Positions 9,540 to 19,900 are shown, counted from the whole stretch's first letter. The stretch: 63,883 nucleotides of DNA, filler included, from an uncultured Methanosarcinales archaeon (GCA_964608065.1; 5 parts of 5 records of this genome joined end to end with filler, not necessarily neighbours in it); one strand, 5' to 3'. Notes: generated by a model not told the origin, from the sequence alone. Program-made: numbers and translations.

Positions 9540-11359
9540 TGGGAAGAAAAAGTCAGATAACATTGTTTATAATACTTGGGATAGTTATAGTTGGTTTTAT
9601 TATTATTATGCTTTCAACACAGGAGAAGGTTGAGATAAAAAAAACTGAGAAGATTTTAAAAAAAACATTGCTTTCAGATTATGAGCTGCAGCCTGTTAAA
9701 ACTTATATTGAAAGCTGTTTAAGAAAAAGTACTGATGATGTTATTTTTAATAAATCATTGATGAAAGAGATTTATGGTTTATCAGAAAAAAAGGTTGAGT
9801 ATGATGGTGTTGAATATCCTGTGTTGTATGAATCAACGTGCAGTCCTGCAGGATGTACAGATGGTTATTTTTATAACAAACCTATGAACGCTGTGGAAGC
9901 TAATTTAACAGAAAAAATTGCAGCAGAGTTTGAAAAATGTCTTGATTTATCTTTTTTTGAAAATGTTTACAACATAAGCGGACCTTCTATTGATTATAAA
10001 AGTCTGAATGTAACTGTAAAAATAAATGATATTGATATAGGGGCAGAGAATATATCAGTTGTTTTAACTAAAAAAGATTCAGAAGGTGTTTTAGACAGTT
10101 TTAATGTTGAGGTTCCTATAAGATTAGGTCTAATATACAATAATATTACAAATGATTTATTAAAGAATATCAGCACCTATAAATTTTATACAACTGATGA
10201 AAAAGATTATTATAATCTAATAGAATGTAAAAATTTTGTTAAAGGCTGCTGTAATCCGAATCCAACCACAATATCTAAAATAAAATTTATAGAAACAGTT
10301 CCAGACTATGAGGGAATTGTTATAATAGAAGATAATAGAACAAGGCAATATTCTAGTTTTAATTTGACATTTGGGTTGTTGAATGTGAATATTACAAGTA
10401 TGTGTGAGTGTATAGGAGAAGAAACTTGTCCTACAATACTTTGTGAAGATGAAATAGATGATGAAAGATGTGGCATTATAGATTGTTCTGTTTGGTATGT
10501 GCAGACAGGAACTGAAAGTGCTACAACAACAGAATACTGCTATAACAAACAGGATATAACAACAAATAGATGCGAGGGTGTTGAAGATTGTAAAGACCCT
10601 AATACTGCTGATTGTGATGTACAATCTAATGACCAGCAATTGTTGGAGTGCGGTGTTTGTAAGTATATAGATTCATCTTCTTGTACTGGGACTACATTAG
10701 GTAGTTGCACAAATTATGATAGTGGTACATCATGCGGTAGTGGACTAGTTTGTGATGGTAGTGGTAATTGTATATCTCCTCTGTGTTCTGATGGTGCTGG
10801 TACTGATGATCCTGATTGTGGAATTATTGATTGTGATGGCCTTAATTATTATTATACATCTGGAACTGCTTCAGTCGAAGGAACCAACTACTGCATACTC
10901 AGGGATTATGATGACATAACAACAGACAGGTGCGAGGGCCTGAGCGATTGCAAGGATGCCAATACTGCAGACTGCACATCTTATAGTGATCCAACTGCTG
11001 CAACATGCGGACAATGCAAGTATGCAACAGGTGCATGTTCAAGCTGTACAAATTATCCCATATATACTAGCTGTTTGGGTGCATATTATTGTTGTGATGG
11101 CACAGGATTATGTACGCAGCCAAAATGGAATATGTATAAATCTTGCACAAATGGTCCTGGTCTGGCAGATTCCAATCCATTGAATTGTGTTGCGGGTTGG
11201 AACTATGATTCTAGTATATTTTACGAGGTTAAATATTGTTATAGTGCAGCAAATTGCGGAGGCAGTATGGCAGAAACGTGGGGACCATGGCCTTGTCAGG
11301 CAGGATATCAAGCATCCTATAGTGGTCACTGGCATTGCTATGTGAGTGCTTGTGCATGA
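9536..11359 (+). CDS. Class III (type IV pilin-like) signal peptide protein with Cys-rich repeated C-terminal half
   Basis: RKSQ-ITLFIILGIVIV prepilin-like motif; two CGIIDC...DITTxRCEGxxDCKDxNTADC repeats. Confidence 0.8.
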   Translation: MMGRKSQITLFIILGIVIVGFIIIMLSTQEKVEIKKTEKILKKTLLSDYELQPVKTYIESCLRKSTDDVIFNKSLMKEIYGLSEKKVEYDGVEYPVLYESTCSPAGCTDGYFYNKPMNAVEANLTEKIAAEFEKCLDLSFFENVYNISGPSIDYKSLNVTVKINDIDIGAENISVVLTKKDSEGVLDSFNVEVPIRLGLIYNNITNDLLKNISTYKFYTTDEKDYYNLIECKNFVKGCCNPNPTTISKIKFIETVPDYEGIVIIEDNRTRQYSSFNLTFGLLNVNITSMCECIGEETCPTILCEDEIDDERCGIIDCSVWYVQTGTESATTTEYCYNKQDITTNRCEGVEDCKDPNTADCDVQSNDQQLLECGVCKYIDSSSCTGTTLGSCTNYDSGTSCGSGLVCDGSGNCISPLCSDGAGTDDPDCGIIDCDGLNYYYTSGTASVEGTNYCILRDYDDITTDRCEGLSDCKDANTADCTSYSDPTAATCGQCKYATGACSSCTNYPIYTSCLGAYYCCDGTGLCTQPKWNMYKSCTNGPGLADSNPLNCVAGWNYDSSIFYEVKYCYSAANCGGSMAETWGPWPCQAGYQASYSGHWHCYVSACA

Positions 11360-11410
11360 ATAAATTAAATAATAAAGAAAAAGACAAAAAAAAAAAAAAA
11401 GAAAGAAAAA

Positions 11411-11977
11411 TTACTTAACACAACTGTGTTTATTATATCCTTTATTTTTTGCTTCTGCTTTGTCTTCTAGCCAAACTCTGTTTTTAGTGTTAATCTTTTT
11501 TGCCCAATCGCATTTTGGTGCATGATAAACAGAGCCTGTCTTGCTTGCTACATATTTTCCAGGTGTGAATTCTGTGTTTTTTTTCTCTCCATAAGGTTTT
11601 ACTTTAACTTCTTTTGGAGGCTCTATTTCAATTTCTTCTTCAGATTCTTCTTCTCTTTTAATGTTTATTGTTGATATTACAAATCCAATTGCACTAAGTA
11701 ATGTTGTCAAGCTGTATTTGCTTGTAATGCTTAATGGTCCTAGATAAAGTAAAAAATTATTTATCATAAAAGCTAGGAAGTAGATTGTAGCTAGTTTCCA
11801 AGCCCAGTTTCTGTTTTTATAGACTCCAACAATTATAATTATTGCTATTAAAAAGAAAATCAAGACCATAATTAATTCTGTTCTAAAATATTTTGTTAAT
11901 CCAAATGCTAATAAAATATGTCCTAAAGTATTTAGAAACAATATAAACAATAAAGCAAAATATCTTATTGATCCCAT
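11411..11977 (-). CDS. Membrane protein with C-terminal Ada-type metal-binding domain
   Basis: Four TM helices, then YVASKTGSVYHAPKCDWAKKI...EAKNKGYNKHSC. Confidence 0.75.
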   Translation of the reverse strand: MGSIRYFALLFILFLNTLGHILLAFGLTKYFRTELIMVLIFFLIAIIIIVGVYKNRNWAWKLATIYFLAFMINNFLLYLGPLSITSKYSLTTLLSAIGFVISTINIKREEESEEEIEIEPPKEVKVKPYGEKKNTEFTPGKYVASKTGSVYHAPKCDWAKKINTKNRVWLEDKAEAKNKGYNKHSCVK

Positions 11978-12059
11978 TTTTCATACCCCCTATATTTATT
12001 TGTATAGCTTTGAAATATCATTAATATATAAACATTTCTATTCTGGAGTAGTAGCAAAA

Positions 12060-12404
12060 CTAGAACTCATCAAACTCTTCTAATTTATCCAAATAACCTT
12101 TTCTTTTTAAGAAAGAAGTCTGTGCTTTTGTATATTTGAAAATAATGTCTCCTTTTTTATCCCCACCGTATTCCCATGGTTCAATAATGATTATGTCTCC
12201 TTCCCTTACCCATAGTCTTCTCTTTAATCTTCCAGGAATTCTGCAGATTCTGGTTTTGTCATCTAAACATCTGACTCTTGTTCTAGAAGCTCCTAATCTT
12301 TGTTCAAGAATTCCAAAAACCTGAGCATCACGAGGCAGTTTAATTCTAGTAATTTGTCTCTGTATTTCTTCCTGTTTTGCAGCTTCTTCTTTTTTCCGAC
12401 TCAT
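12060..12404 (-). CDS. eif1a: Translation initiation factor aIF-1A
   Basis: [41 protein letters not shown]. Confidence 0.97.
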   Translation of the reverse strand: MSRKKEEAAKQEEIQRQITRIKLPRDAQVFGILEQRLGASRTRVRCLDDKTRICRIPGRLKRRLWVREGDIIIIEPWEYGGDKKGDIIFKYTKAQTSFLKRKGYLDKLEEFDEF

Positions 12405-12516
12405 AGAAAAGGTATGAATTTAAAGCTGTTTATAAATGTTTTTAATATTATTCTTTTGTCCCTATTCTATTATGATTAAAAAAGTATTTAAAAGCACTAC
12501 TACAAATAATCATTAT

Positions 12517-13431
12517 ATGAAAAAAGTTAAGTATGATCGTTTGTTTGGAAGTGCTTGGAAGTTAATGATAAACAATTTAATCCTTTTTGTTCCAAAACTA
12601 ATGATGATGGGTATCTCTATTTTTCTGTTTATTCTTTACTTAGGAGCAAGCGGGATTTTGTGGTTATTGATTAAAAGTCCTGCTATGGTTTATGATCAAA
12701 TGGTTTTGCATGAACAGATAAGGTCTTTAGTAGGTAATCATCCTCTCTGGTCTATAATATGTTTAGTAGGTTATTTAGTTCTTGTAATTATAACAGATCT
12801 TTTTTTTATAACAATGAAGTATGGTATGATAAAGGATGTTATTTTAAGAAAAAAACCTACACTTAAAGCAGGTTTTAGGTTTGCAAAAAAATATTACTCT
12901 ACATCATTAGTGATACATATAACATCCTTTCTCATGATATATTCTCCGTTAATATTGGTTGGAATAATATTTTACAGTATTGCAACAAAAACAAATTCTT
13001 TTATATTAATGACTCCCTGGATTATAGTAGCAATATTTTTGCTTTTAGTCTTTATTTATATAGCTTATATGTTAATGAGGCTTATATTTATCTATCCTGT
13101 AATGGCTTTTGAAGAAACTGGTGCTTTTAAGAGTATAAAAAAAGATTTTCATTATGTAAAAACACATGTTGGACATACTATTATTACATGGATCTTGTTT
13201 GTATCTGTTTGGTTTGTGTTTATTGCAATAAGAACTCCATTAGGTAATGTAGGGAATAAGGCTCAAAATATCTTTATTATTATTGGGGTTACACTATTGG
13301 TTTTGTTTTTGAGTGGAGTTGTGTCGGTTTGGGAGCATTTGTTCATATTCAAGTCATATGTTGAAGGTAAGACTCATGAAAAAAGAAAAGTTTTTAAAGA
13401 AGATACATCTTGGAAGGATATATACAAATGA
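12517..13431 (+). CDS. Multi-pass membrane protein, unknown function
   Basis: About six TM helices; start moved to MKKVKYD downstream of a TATA-like TTTAAA. Confidence 0.7.
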   Translation: MKKVKYDRLFGSAWKLMINNLILFVPKLMMMGISIFLFILYLGASGILWLLIKSPAMVYDQMVLHEQIRSLVGNHPLWSIICLVGYLVLVIITDLFFITMKYGMIKDVILRKKPTLKAGFRFAKKYYSTSLVIHITSFLMIYSPLILVGIIFYSIATKTNSFILMTPWIIVAIFLLLVFIYIAYMLMRLIFIYPVMAFEETGAFKSIKKDFHYVKTHVGHTIITWILFVSVWFVFIAIRTPLGNVGNKAQNIFIIIGVTLLVLFLSGVVSVWEHLFIFKSYVEGKTHEKRKVFKEDTSWKDIYK

Positions 13432-14222
13432 GCAACAAAAAAGGTAGAGCGTGGATATTTATTATTATTGTAATCATATTATTATTTTTCTTCTCTATGG
13501 TAATTGCAGGAGTTCTTTCTGTAATTTTTGGAGGTGATGTTTCTAGTTTAACTGGGAATGTTGCTGTGATCCCAATAAAAGGCACAATTGTTACAGAGGC
13601 TGGTGCTGGTTTTTTTGCACAGGATGTGAGCAGTTCTGGTAAAATTATTGGATTGATAGAAAAAGCTGATAANNNNNNNNNNNNNNNNNNNNNNNNNNNN
13701 NNNNNNNNNNNNNNNNNNNNNNNNNNNNNNNNNNNNNNNNNNNNNNNNNNNNNNNNNNNNNNNNNNNNNNNNTTATTGAATAAGTATAATATCACTTATG
13801 AAAGATTGGTTGGAGGAGAATACAAAGATATGGGTGTTCCTTTCAGGAAATTAGAAGACAGGGAGAAAGAATTATTCCAGAAAGAGATTGATCTGATACA
13901 TGATTATTTTATACAGGAAGTTGCTGAAAACAGGGGACTGCCTATGAGTTTTGTTGAGGAAGTATCTACTGGTTTGTTTTATACAGGGACTAGAGCAAAG
14001 GAATTGGGGCTAATTGATGAGTTAGGTGGAAGTGATGAAGTAAAAGAATATTTGGAAGAGAAATTGAATGCTTCTGTTAGTTTTATAAAATATGAAGAGA
14101 AACAGAGTTTTTTAAGTATGTTAAGTGCAGCTACAAGTGGCCTTTTTTTCTATATGGGTAAAGGTATTGGTTCTGCTTTATTGGATAAGCAAATGAGTAA
14201 TAAGGTTGATGTTTGGACTTAA
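13428..14222 (+). CDS. sppA: Signal peptide peptidase SppA (S49), interrupted by an N gap at 13673-13772
   Basis: VAVIPIKGTI, GGEYKDMGVPFR, FIQEVAENRG, GLFYTGTRAKELGLIDELG. Confidence 0.9.
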   Translation: MSNKKGRAWIFIIIVIILLFFFSMVIAGVLSVIFGGDVSSLTGNVAVIPIKGTIVTEAGAGFFAQDVSSSGKIIGLIEKADXXXXXXXXXXXXXXXXXXXXXXXXXXXXXXXXXXLLNKYNITYERLVGGEYKDMGVPFRKLEDREKELFQKEIDLIHDYFIQEVAENRGLPMSFVEEVSTGLFYTGTRAKELGLIDELGGSDEVKEYLEEKLNASVSFIKYEEKQSFLSMLSAATSGLFFYMGKGIGSALLDKQMSNKVDVWT

Positions 14223-14380
14223 TTTTTCTTTGAGATTTCTGGAAAGAATTGGCCTGTGTGTCCGCACTTATTGCATTTATACTGGTTAAAAAAAGATCCC
14301 TGAGCATAAGATTGTGCAGATAAATCTGCACTTACGTCTTTACTTTTGCATTTTGGGCAGATTCTGATTTTATTTAGCAT
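14219..14380 (-). CDS. Small Zn-ribbon protein (53 aa, MLNKIRICPKCKS...YKCNKCGHTG), not in the ORF track
   Basis: Two CxxC motifs; TATA-like TTTATAAA upstream on the minus strand (~14404-14411). Confidence 0.7.
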   Translation of the reverse strand: MLNKIRICPKCKSKDVSADLSAQSYAQGSFFNQYKCNKCGHTGQFFPEISKKN

Positions 14381-14510
14381 TAGATTATTGTTGATTGTCG
14401 TTATTTATAAATGTTTTTTTTTTTAATTAAAACCGTAACCAATGAAAAACAAATAATTCGTTTTTCAAGGTTCCGAAAATGCTTTGCATTTTCGATACCT
14501 TTAAATAGTA

Positions 14511-14538
14511 TAGTTACTTTTAGTTACTAATAGTTACT
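14511..14538 (+). promoter_or_regulatory. Three TAGTTACT direct repeats with 10-bp period; probable operator
   Basis: Copies at 14511, 14521 and 14531, between TTTAAATA (~14500) and the ATG at 14539. Confidence 0.65.
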
Positions 14539-14685
14539 ATGGCAGTAATCAAAATTGATGATGAATTATTGAAAAAGGTTAAAGGGTTCATTAGACAAGG
14601 CGATAATAGGTTTGACTATCCTTCTACCAAGGCTTTTGTCGATAAAGCTGTTTATTTGTTTTTGAAAGAGGTGAGAAAAAAATGA
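14539..14685 (+). CDS. Small ribbon-helix-helix-like regulator (48 aa, MAVIKIDDELLKKVK...YPSTKAFVDKAV), not in the ORF track
   Basis: Beta-strand/helix/helix pattern typical of CopG/RHH; ATGA overlap with the next gene. Confidence 0.7.
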   Translation: MAVIKIDDELLKKVKGFIRQGDNRFDYPSTKAFVDKAVYLFLKEVRKK

Positions 14686-14936
14686 AGCAATTGTTTGGAT
14701 TGATTTTGATATTATTTTTAGTGGGTTGTACAGAAGTAGTTGAAGAATTAGAGTGTGAGACAGACAATGATTGTGTTCCAGCTTCTTGTTGTCATGCAAT
14801 TAGTTGTGTTAATGCAGAGTTTCAACCAGACTGTGCAGAAATAGCATGTACTCTAATGTGCGAACCTGGAACATTAGATTGTGGTGGAAAATGTTTGTGT
14901 CAGAATAACAAGTGTGTTGCTGATATAGTAGAATAA
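14682..14936 (+). CDS. Small Cys-rich predicted lipoprotein
   Basis: MKQLFGLILILFLVGC lipobox-like; CETDNDCVPASCCHAISCVN...CLCQNNKC. Confidence 0.8.
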   Translation: MKQLFGLILILFLVGCTEVVEELECETDNDCVPASCCHAISCVNAEFQPDCAEIACTLMCEPGTLDCGGKCLCQNNKCVADIVE

Positions 14937-15079
14937 ACTAAACTTTTTTTTTTAAAAAAAAAAAAAAGAGNNNNNNNNNNTTGTTTGTGGTAAAATTGTT
15001 TAATAAAAAAAAAAAAAAATTTTTTTTAAAAAAAAAAAAAAAAAAAAATTTTTTTTTTAAAAAAAAAAAAAAAAAGAGA

Positions 15080-15893
15080 ATGAAAAAAGGAGAGGTGATA
15101 GTATTTATTGTATTTTTACTAGTTCTAGCTACTGTTAATGCTGCAGAAGTTGAGAATATTGTTGAAGATATACTAGAAACAGATGGTGAAGTTAGTGTTA
15201 TTATAGAACTAAAAGATAAAGAAGTGAGTCCAATAAAAACTAATTCAATAAAAGAAAATAAAGAATTAAAGAAAAAGAAAAATGAAGAACAACAGGATAA
15301 GGTTATTTACAGTGTACAAGTTAGCAGACAAGTTGCTGGAGCTGGTGTTGGAATAAAAACAGTAAAAAGGAAGGATAATTTCAAACTAAAACACAAATAC
15401 TCAACTGTTAATGCAATATCTGGCAAGGTTAATAAAGAAGGTCTTGAAGTTTTAAAACAAGATCCAAATGTTAAAAAGATTTATTTTGACAGATTAATGC
15501 ATACAACCCTAGATGATAGTATTGGACAGGTAAATGCAGATGATGTATGGAATATAGCTCTTAATGACACAAACATTACAGGACTGGGAGAGACTATTTG
15601 CATAGTAGATACTGGAATTGATACTGATCATGATGCTTTTACTGGAAGGATAATAGGGCAATATTGTTATTGTGGTTTAGATGGCTGCTGTCCTGATGGC
15701 ACAGATGAAGATGATGATGCTGAGGATGATTATGGCCATGGAACTCATTGTGCTGGGATAGCTGCTGGAAATTACAGCAATTACATAGGTGTTGCTCCTA
15801 AAGCTAATATTGTTGCAATAAAAGCTTGTAACTCCAGTGGTACTTGTGCAACAAGTGATGTGATAAAAGCAGTTGACTGGTGTACAAATAATG
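15080..15893 (+). CDS. Secreted subtilisin-like S8 protease (3'-truncated at contig end)
   Basis: Signal peptide, I9-like propeptide, ICIVDTGID, GHGTHCAGIAAG, GVAPKA. Confidence 0.92.
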
Positions 15894-15937
15894 NNNNNNN
15901 NNNNNNNNNNNNNNNNNNNNNNNNNNNNNNNNNNNNN

Positions 15938-15949
15938 TTAATTAATTAA
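15938..15949. other. Artificial contig linker TTAATTAATTAA between N runs
   Basis: Identical all-frame-stop 12-mer flanked by Ns occurs four times in the window. Confidence 0.9.
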
Positions 15950-15993
15950 NNNNNNNNNNNNNNNNNNNNNNNNNNNNNNNNNNNNNNNNNNNN

Positions 15994-17003
15994 AATCTAT
16001 CAAATATATCATTTTCTTTTATTTTATCAATGATTTCTCCGTTTTTATAGAGTAGATGTATGTTGTTGCCTCCGACAATTCCTATATCTGCTGTTTTTGC
16101 TTCACCAGGGCCATTGACACTACATCCCATAATTGCTATTTTAAGTGGTTTTGTAATATTAGAAGTTGAAGATTCTATTTTTTTTGCTATATCTACTACA
16201 TCATAACCTTTTCTAGCGCAAGTTGGGCAAGAGATTATGTTAAGACCTCTTTGCCTTAATTTTAAAGATTTTAATATTTGCCATGCAACTTTTACTTCTT
16301 CAATTGGGTCTGAGCTTAAGGAAACTCTGATTGTGTCTCCAATGCCTTGATTTAATAAAATACCTAATCCAATAGATGATTTTATTGTTCCTGAAAACTG
16401 TGTTCCTGACTCTGTAATTCCTAAATGTAAAGGATAATTAGAACGTTCTGAGATTAGTTTATATGCTTCTATTGTCTGCAATGTGTCAGAAGATTTTAAT
16501 GACAGAACAAGGTCATAGAAATCCATAGATTCCAGCAATGAAATGTTTCTTAGTGCTGATTCAACTAAGGCAATAGCTGAATGTCCATGTTCTTTTTCTA
16601 TGTCTTTTTCTAATGACCCTATGTTAACTCCTATTCTAATCGGAATTGAATTGTTTTTTGCTGCATTAACAATAGATTTTATTTTTTCATTGTTATTGAT
16701 ATTTCCTGGGTTGATTCTTAGTTTGTCTACAATTTTTGCAGATTCTATTGCAAGATCAGAATCATAATGAATGTCTGCTATTAATGGGATGTTAATATTT
16801 TCTTTAATTTTTTTTAAAGCTGCTAAAGAATCTTTATCTGGGACAGAAACTCTTATGATTTCACAGCCTGCTTCTTCTAAAGCTAGAATTTGCTTTATAG
16901 TTGCATCTGCATCTTTTGTTAAAGTGTTTGTCATAGATTGGATAGCAACTGGATTATCAGCTCCAATATTTACATTTCCTATTTTTATTTGTTTAGTTTT
17001 CAT
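15994..17003 (-). CDS. ispG: HMBPP synthase (MEP pathway), 3' end lost in gap
   Basis: IQSMTNT, ADIHYD, RINPGN, HLGITESG, GIGDTIRVSL, SCPTCAR, MGCSVNGPGEA. Confidence 0.97.
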
Positions 17004-18748
17004 TCTAACATTTCATTAATAGTTTTAACAATATTTTCTTTTGACAGACCTACATCTTTTTTTAATAAATCAGTATTGCCGTGTTCAACGAATCTGTCTG
17101 GAATGCCAATGGATTTGACATTAGCTTTGATATTGTGTTTATGCAATAATTCTGAAATAGCAGAACCAAATCCACCATTAAGGCAGTTTTCTTCTATTGT
17201 TATTATGTTTTTATTTTTTTTTGCCAGCTCTAAAATTAAATTTTCATCTAATGGTTTGACAAATCTTGAATTGACTAAAGCTATAGAACCTTGTACTTCT
17301 TTTATAGCTTGTTTTGCAAGATTAAAGGTTGTTCCAATAGTAAAAACAACAGCATCAGTTCCATCCTGAATTAGTTCTGCTTTTCCGATTTCTAAGTTTT
17401 TGAATTCATTGTCTAGTTTAACTCCAATTCCTTCTCCTCTTGGGTATCTTACTGCAATTGGTCCATTATAGTTTGAAGCTGTAAACAACATATGCTGGAA
17501 TTCGTTTTCATCTTTTGGAGCCATTATTACAAGATTAGGGATAGATCTTAAGTAAGTTAAGTCAAAACAACCGTGATGTGTTGGGCCATCGTCTCCAACT
17601 AATCCTGCTCTGTCTAGACAGAAAACTACTGGTAAATTTTGCAAACAGACATCATGCAATACTTGATCATAAGCTCTTTGCAGGAATGTTGAGTAGATTG
17701 CGCAGAATGGTTTTAATCCTTTTGTTGCAAGTCCTGCTGCAAATACAACTGCGTGTTGTTCTGCAATACCAACATCAAAGAATCTGTCTGGATATTTTTG
17801 TCCGAATTTATCTAATCCTGTTCCAGAAGGCATTGCTGCTGTTATAGCTATGATATCTTTGTTTTTCTCAGCTAATTTTACCATAGTTTCAGAGAAAATG
17901 TTTGTGTAAGTTGGAATATCTGAGTTTTTATGGACTTCTCCATTTTCTGTGTTAAAAGGTCCTAATCCATGAAATTTTGGTTTGTTGTTTTCAGCATATG
18001 CATATCCTTTTCCTTTAACAGTCTTAACATGTATTAAAACAGGGCCTTTGATTGATTTGCTTTTTTCTAAAACATCTATTGTTTCATTTATATTATGGCC
18101 GTCAACAGGTCCTAAGTAAGTAAAACCAAGTTCATAGAATATTGTTTTTAGATCTCTGCTTCCATGCTTTGTTGTTGATAATTTGTTTAAGTAGTGAGAC
18201 ATTGCTCCAACATTTGGGCTGATTGACATTTTGTTGTCATTCAATATAACAGTGCAATCTATTCCTAAATGACCTAAGTGATTAATGCCTTCATAAGCTA
18301 AGCCTCCAGTTAAAGAACCATCTCCAATTAAAGCAATAACTTTGTAATTTTCTTTTTTTATATCTCTGGCTTTGGCAATTCCAGCTGCTGCTGAGATAGA
18401 AGTTGATGCATGACCTGCTCCATAGCAATCATGACAACTTTCTTTTGCTAAAGTAAAGCCTGAAAGGCCTTTGTGCTGCCTTATAGTGTGGAATTTATCT
18501 TTTCTTCCTGTTAAAAGTTTATGAACATAGCATTGATGTCCTACATCAAAAATAAATTTATCTTTTGGTGTATTGAAAACATAGTGCATAGCAATTGTCA
18601 GTTCAGTTACACCTAAGTTAGAAGCAAGATGGCCTCCTGTTTCTGAAACTGTATGGATTAGTTTTTCTCTGATCTCTCCAGCTAGTTTTGGTAATTCTTC
18701 TATATTTATTTTTTTCAAATCTTCTGGTGAGTTTATGTTTTCCAGCAT
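17000..18748 (-). CDS. dxs: 1-deoxy-D-xylulose-5-phosphate synthase
   Basis: GGHLASNLG, FDVGHQCYVHK, GHASTSIS, IGDGSLTGG...NDN, DVGIAEQHA, GDDGPTHHG. Confidence 0.97.
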   Translation of the reverse strand: MLENINSPEDLKKINIEELPKLAGEIREKLIHTVSETGGHLASNLGVTELTIAMHYVFNTPKDKFIFDVGHQCYVHKLLTGRKDKFHTIRQHKGLSGFTLAKESCHDCYGAGHASTSISAAAGIAKARDIKKENYKVIALIGDGSLTGGLAYEGINHLGHLGIDCTVILNDNKMSISPNVGAMSHYLNKLSTTKHGSRDLKTIFYELGFTYLGPVDGHNINETIDVLEKSKSIKGPVLIHVKTVKGKGYAYAENNKPKFHGLGPFNTENGEVHKNSDIPTYTNIFSETMVKLAEKNKDIIAITAAMPSGTGLDKFGQKYPDRFFDVGIAEQHAVVFAAGLATKGLKPFCAIYSTFLQRAYDQVLHDVCLQNLPVVFCLDRAGLVGDDGPTHHGCFDLTYLRSIPNLVIMAPKDENEFQHMLFTASNYNGPIAVRYPRGEGIGVKLDNEFKNLEIGKAELIQDGTDAVVFTIGTTFNLAKQAIKEVQGSIALVNSRFVKPLDENLILELAKKNKNIITIEENCLNGGFGSAISELLHKHNIKANVKSIGIPDRFVEHGNTDLLKKDVGLSKENIVKTINEMLE

Positions 18749-19782
18749 TAGTATGACCTCATTACAATATAATTGGCTATTTCCAACAATAATTTTTTAG
18801 ATTTTGCTCTGAATTTTGTTTTTTTTATTAAATTTTTCGCATCATTTATCAGACTCTCAATAATTTTCAAAGAGTAGTTCAGAGAGCCTGTTTTTATGAT
18901 GATTTTCCTTATCTTACTTAATTCCTTGTTTTTTAATTCCTTGTTTCCAAGATGTTTAAGTAGATATTTTTTTTCATTGCTGTCTGCGCTTTGCAGTGCT
19001 TTTATTATCAATAATGTTTTTTTTCCCTGCTTTATATCTGATAATGGAGATTTTCCTAATTGTGTTTTTGTTCCGAAAACCCCCAAAATATCATCTTTTA
19101 GCTGGAATGCCTTTCCTAAGGGTATTGCAAAAGATGTAATTAGTTTTAAATCTTTTTCTTTTGCACCAGCTAATATTGCACCTATTTTTAATGGTGCTTC
19201 AATTGTGTAATGGGCTGTTTTTAGCTCATGCAGTCTTGATATTTCAGATTCTGTTATTTTATTTTTTCTCTCTATCAAAAGATCATAAATCTGGCCATGA
19301 CATGTTTTTGCAATGGTTTTATTGTATATGTTTATTGCTTCTAGTTTTTGATTGAAATTAATATTAGTCAATAGTTCATTTCCTAAGGAATAAAGTAAGT
19401 CTCCTGCAACTAAAGCATAGCTTATTCCTTGCTTTGGATATTTTTTTTCATAGGTTCTATGCAGTGTCAAAGAACCTCTTCTTAATTCATCATTGTCTGT
19501 TATATCATCATGTATTAAAAAGAATGATTCCATTAGTTCAACAGCAACTGCTGCTTTAATGATTTCTTTATTGAATGGTTTGAATAATGTGTAGCCGATA
19601 ATTGTTAATATTCCTCTAATTCGTTTTCCTCCTCTTAAGTTGAAGTCTTTAAGTAAGAGTAGAAGTTCTTGTATGTTTTTCGGAGCTGTTTTTATTTGTT
19701 TTTCAAGAACAGTTTTTAGTTCTTTATCTATCTTAGATTTATAGTCTAATAGCAAGTTATTCTTAAACATATTACACCCCAC
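18748..19782 (-). CDS. Short-chain polyprenyl diphosphate synthase (FPP/GGPP type)
   Basis: GGKRIR, FFLIHDDITD...RRG (aromatic residue at -5), KTAHY, FQLKDDIL. Confidence 0.92.
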   Translation of the reverse strand: MGCNMFKNNLLLDYKSKIDKELKTVLEKQIKTAPKNIQELLLLLKDFNLRGGKRIRGILTIIGYTLFKPFNKEIIKAAVAVELMESFFLIHDDITDNDELRRGSLTLHRTYEKKYPKQGISYALVAGDLLYSLGNELLTNINFNQKLEAINIYNKTIAKTCHGQIYDLLIERKNKITESEISRLHELKTAHYTIEAPLKIGAILAGAKEKDLKLITSFAIPLGKAFQLKDDILGVFGTKTQLGKSPLSDIKQGKKTLLIIKALQSADSNEKKYLLKHLGNKELKNKELSKIRKIIIKTGSLNYSLKIIESLINDAKNLIKKTKFRAKSKKLLLEIANYIVMRSY

Positions 19783-19900
19783 AGAATAAGGTATTTTATT
19801 CAGAGTTTATAAAGGTTGTTGATAATAAGGCGAATTCGATGAAAACTTATCAATAAGAACTCAATTTAAAAAATAAAAAAAAGAAAAAGAAAAAAAAAAA

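Noticed and set aside
14941..15079. K/F-rich N-terminal extension of ORF 14981 and A/T homopolymers
   Set aside because: Low-complexity sequence beside an N gap; the real start is the ATG at 15080.
15893..15994. Functional linkage of lspA/S8 with the MEP operon by proximity
   Set aside because: Separated by an artificial contig linker.
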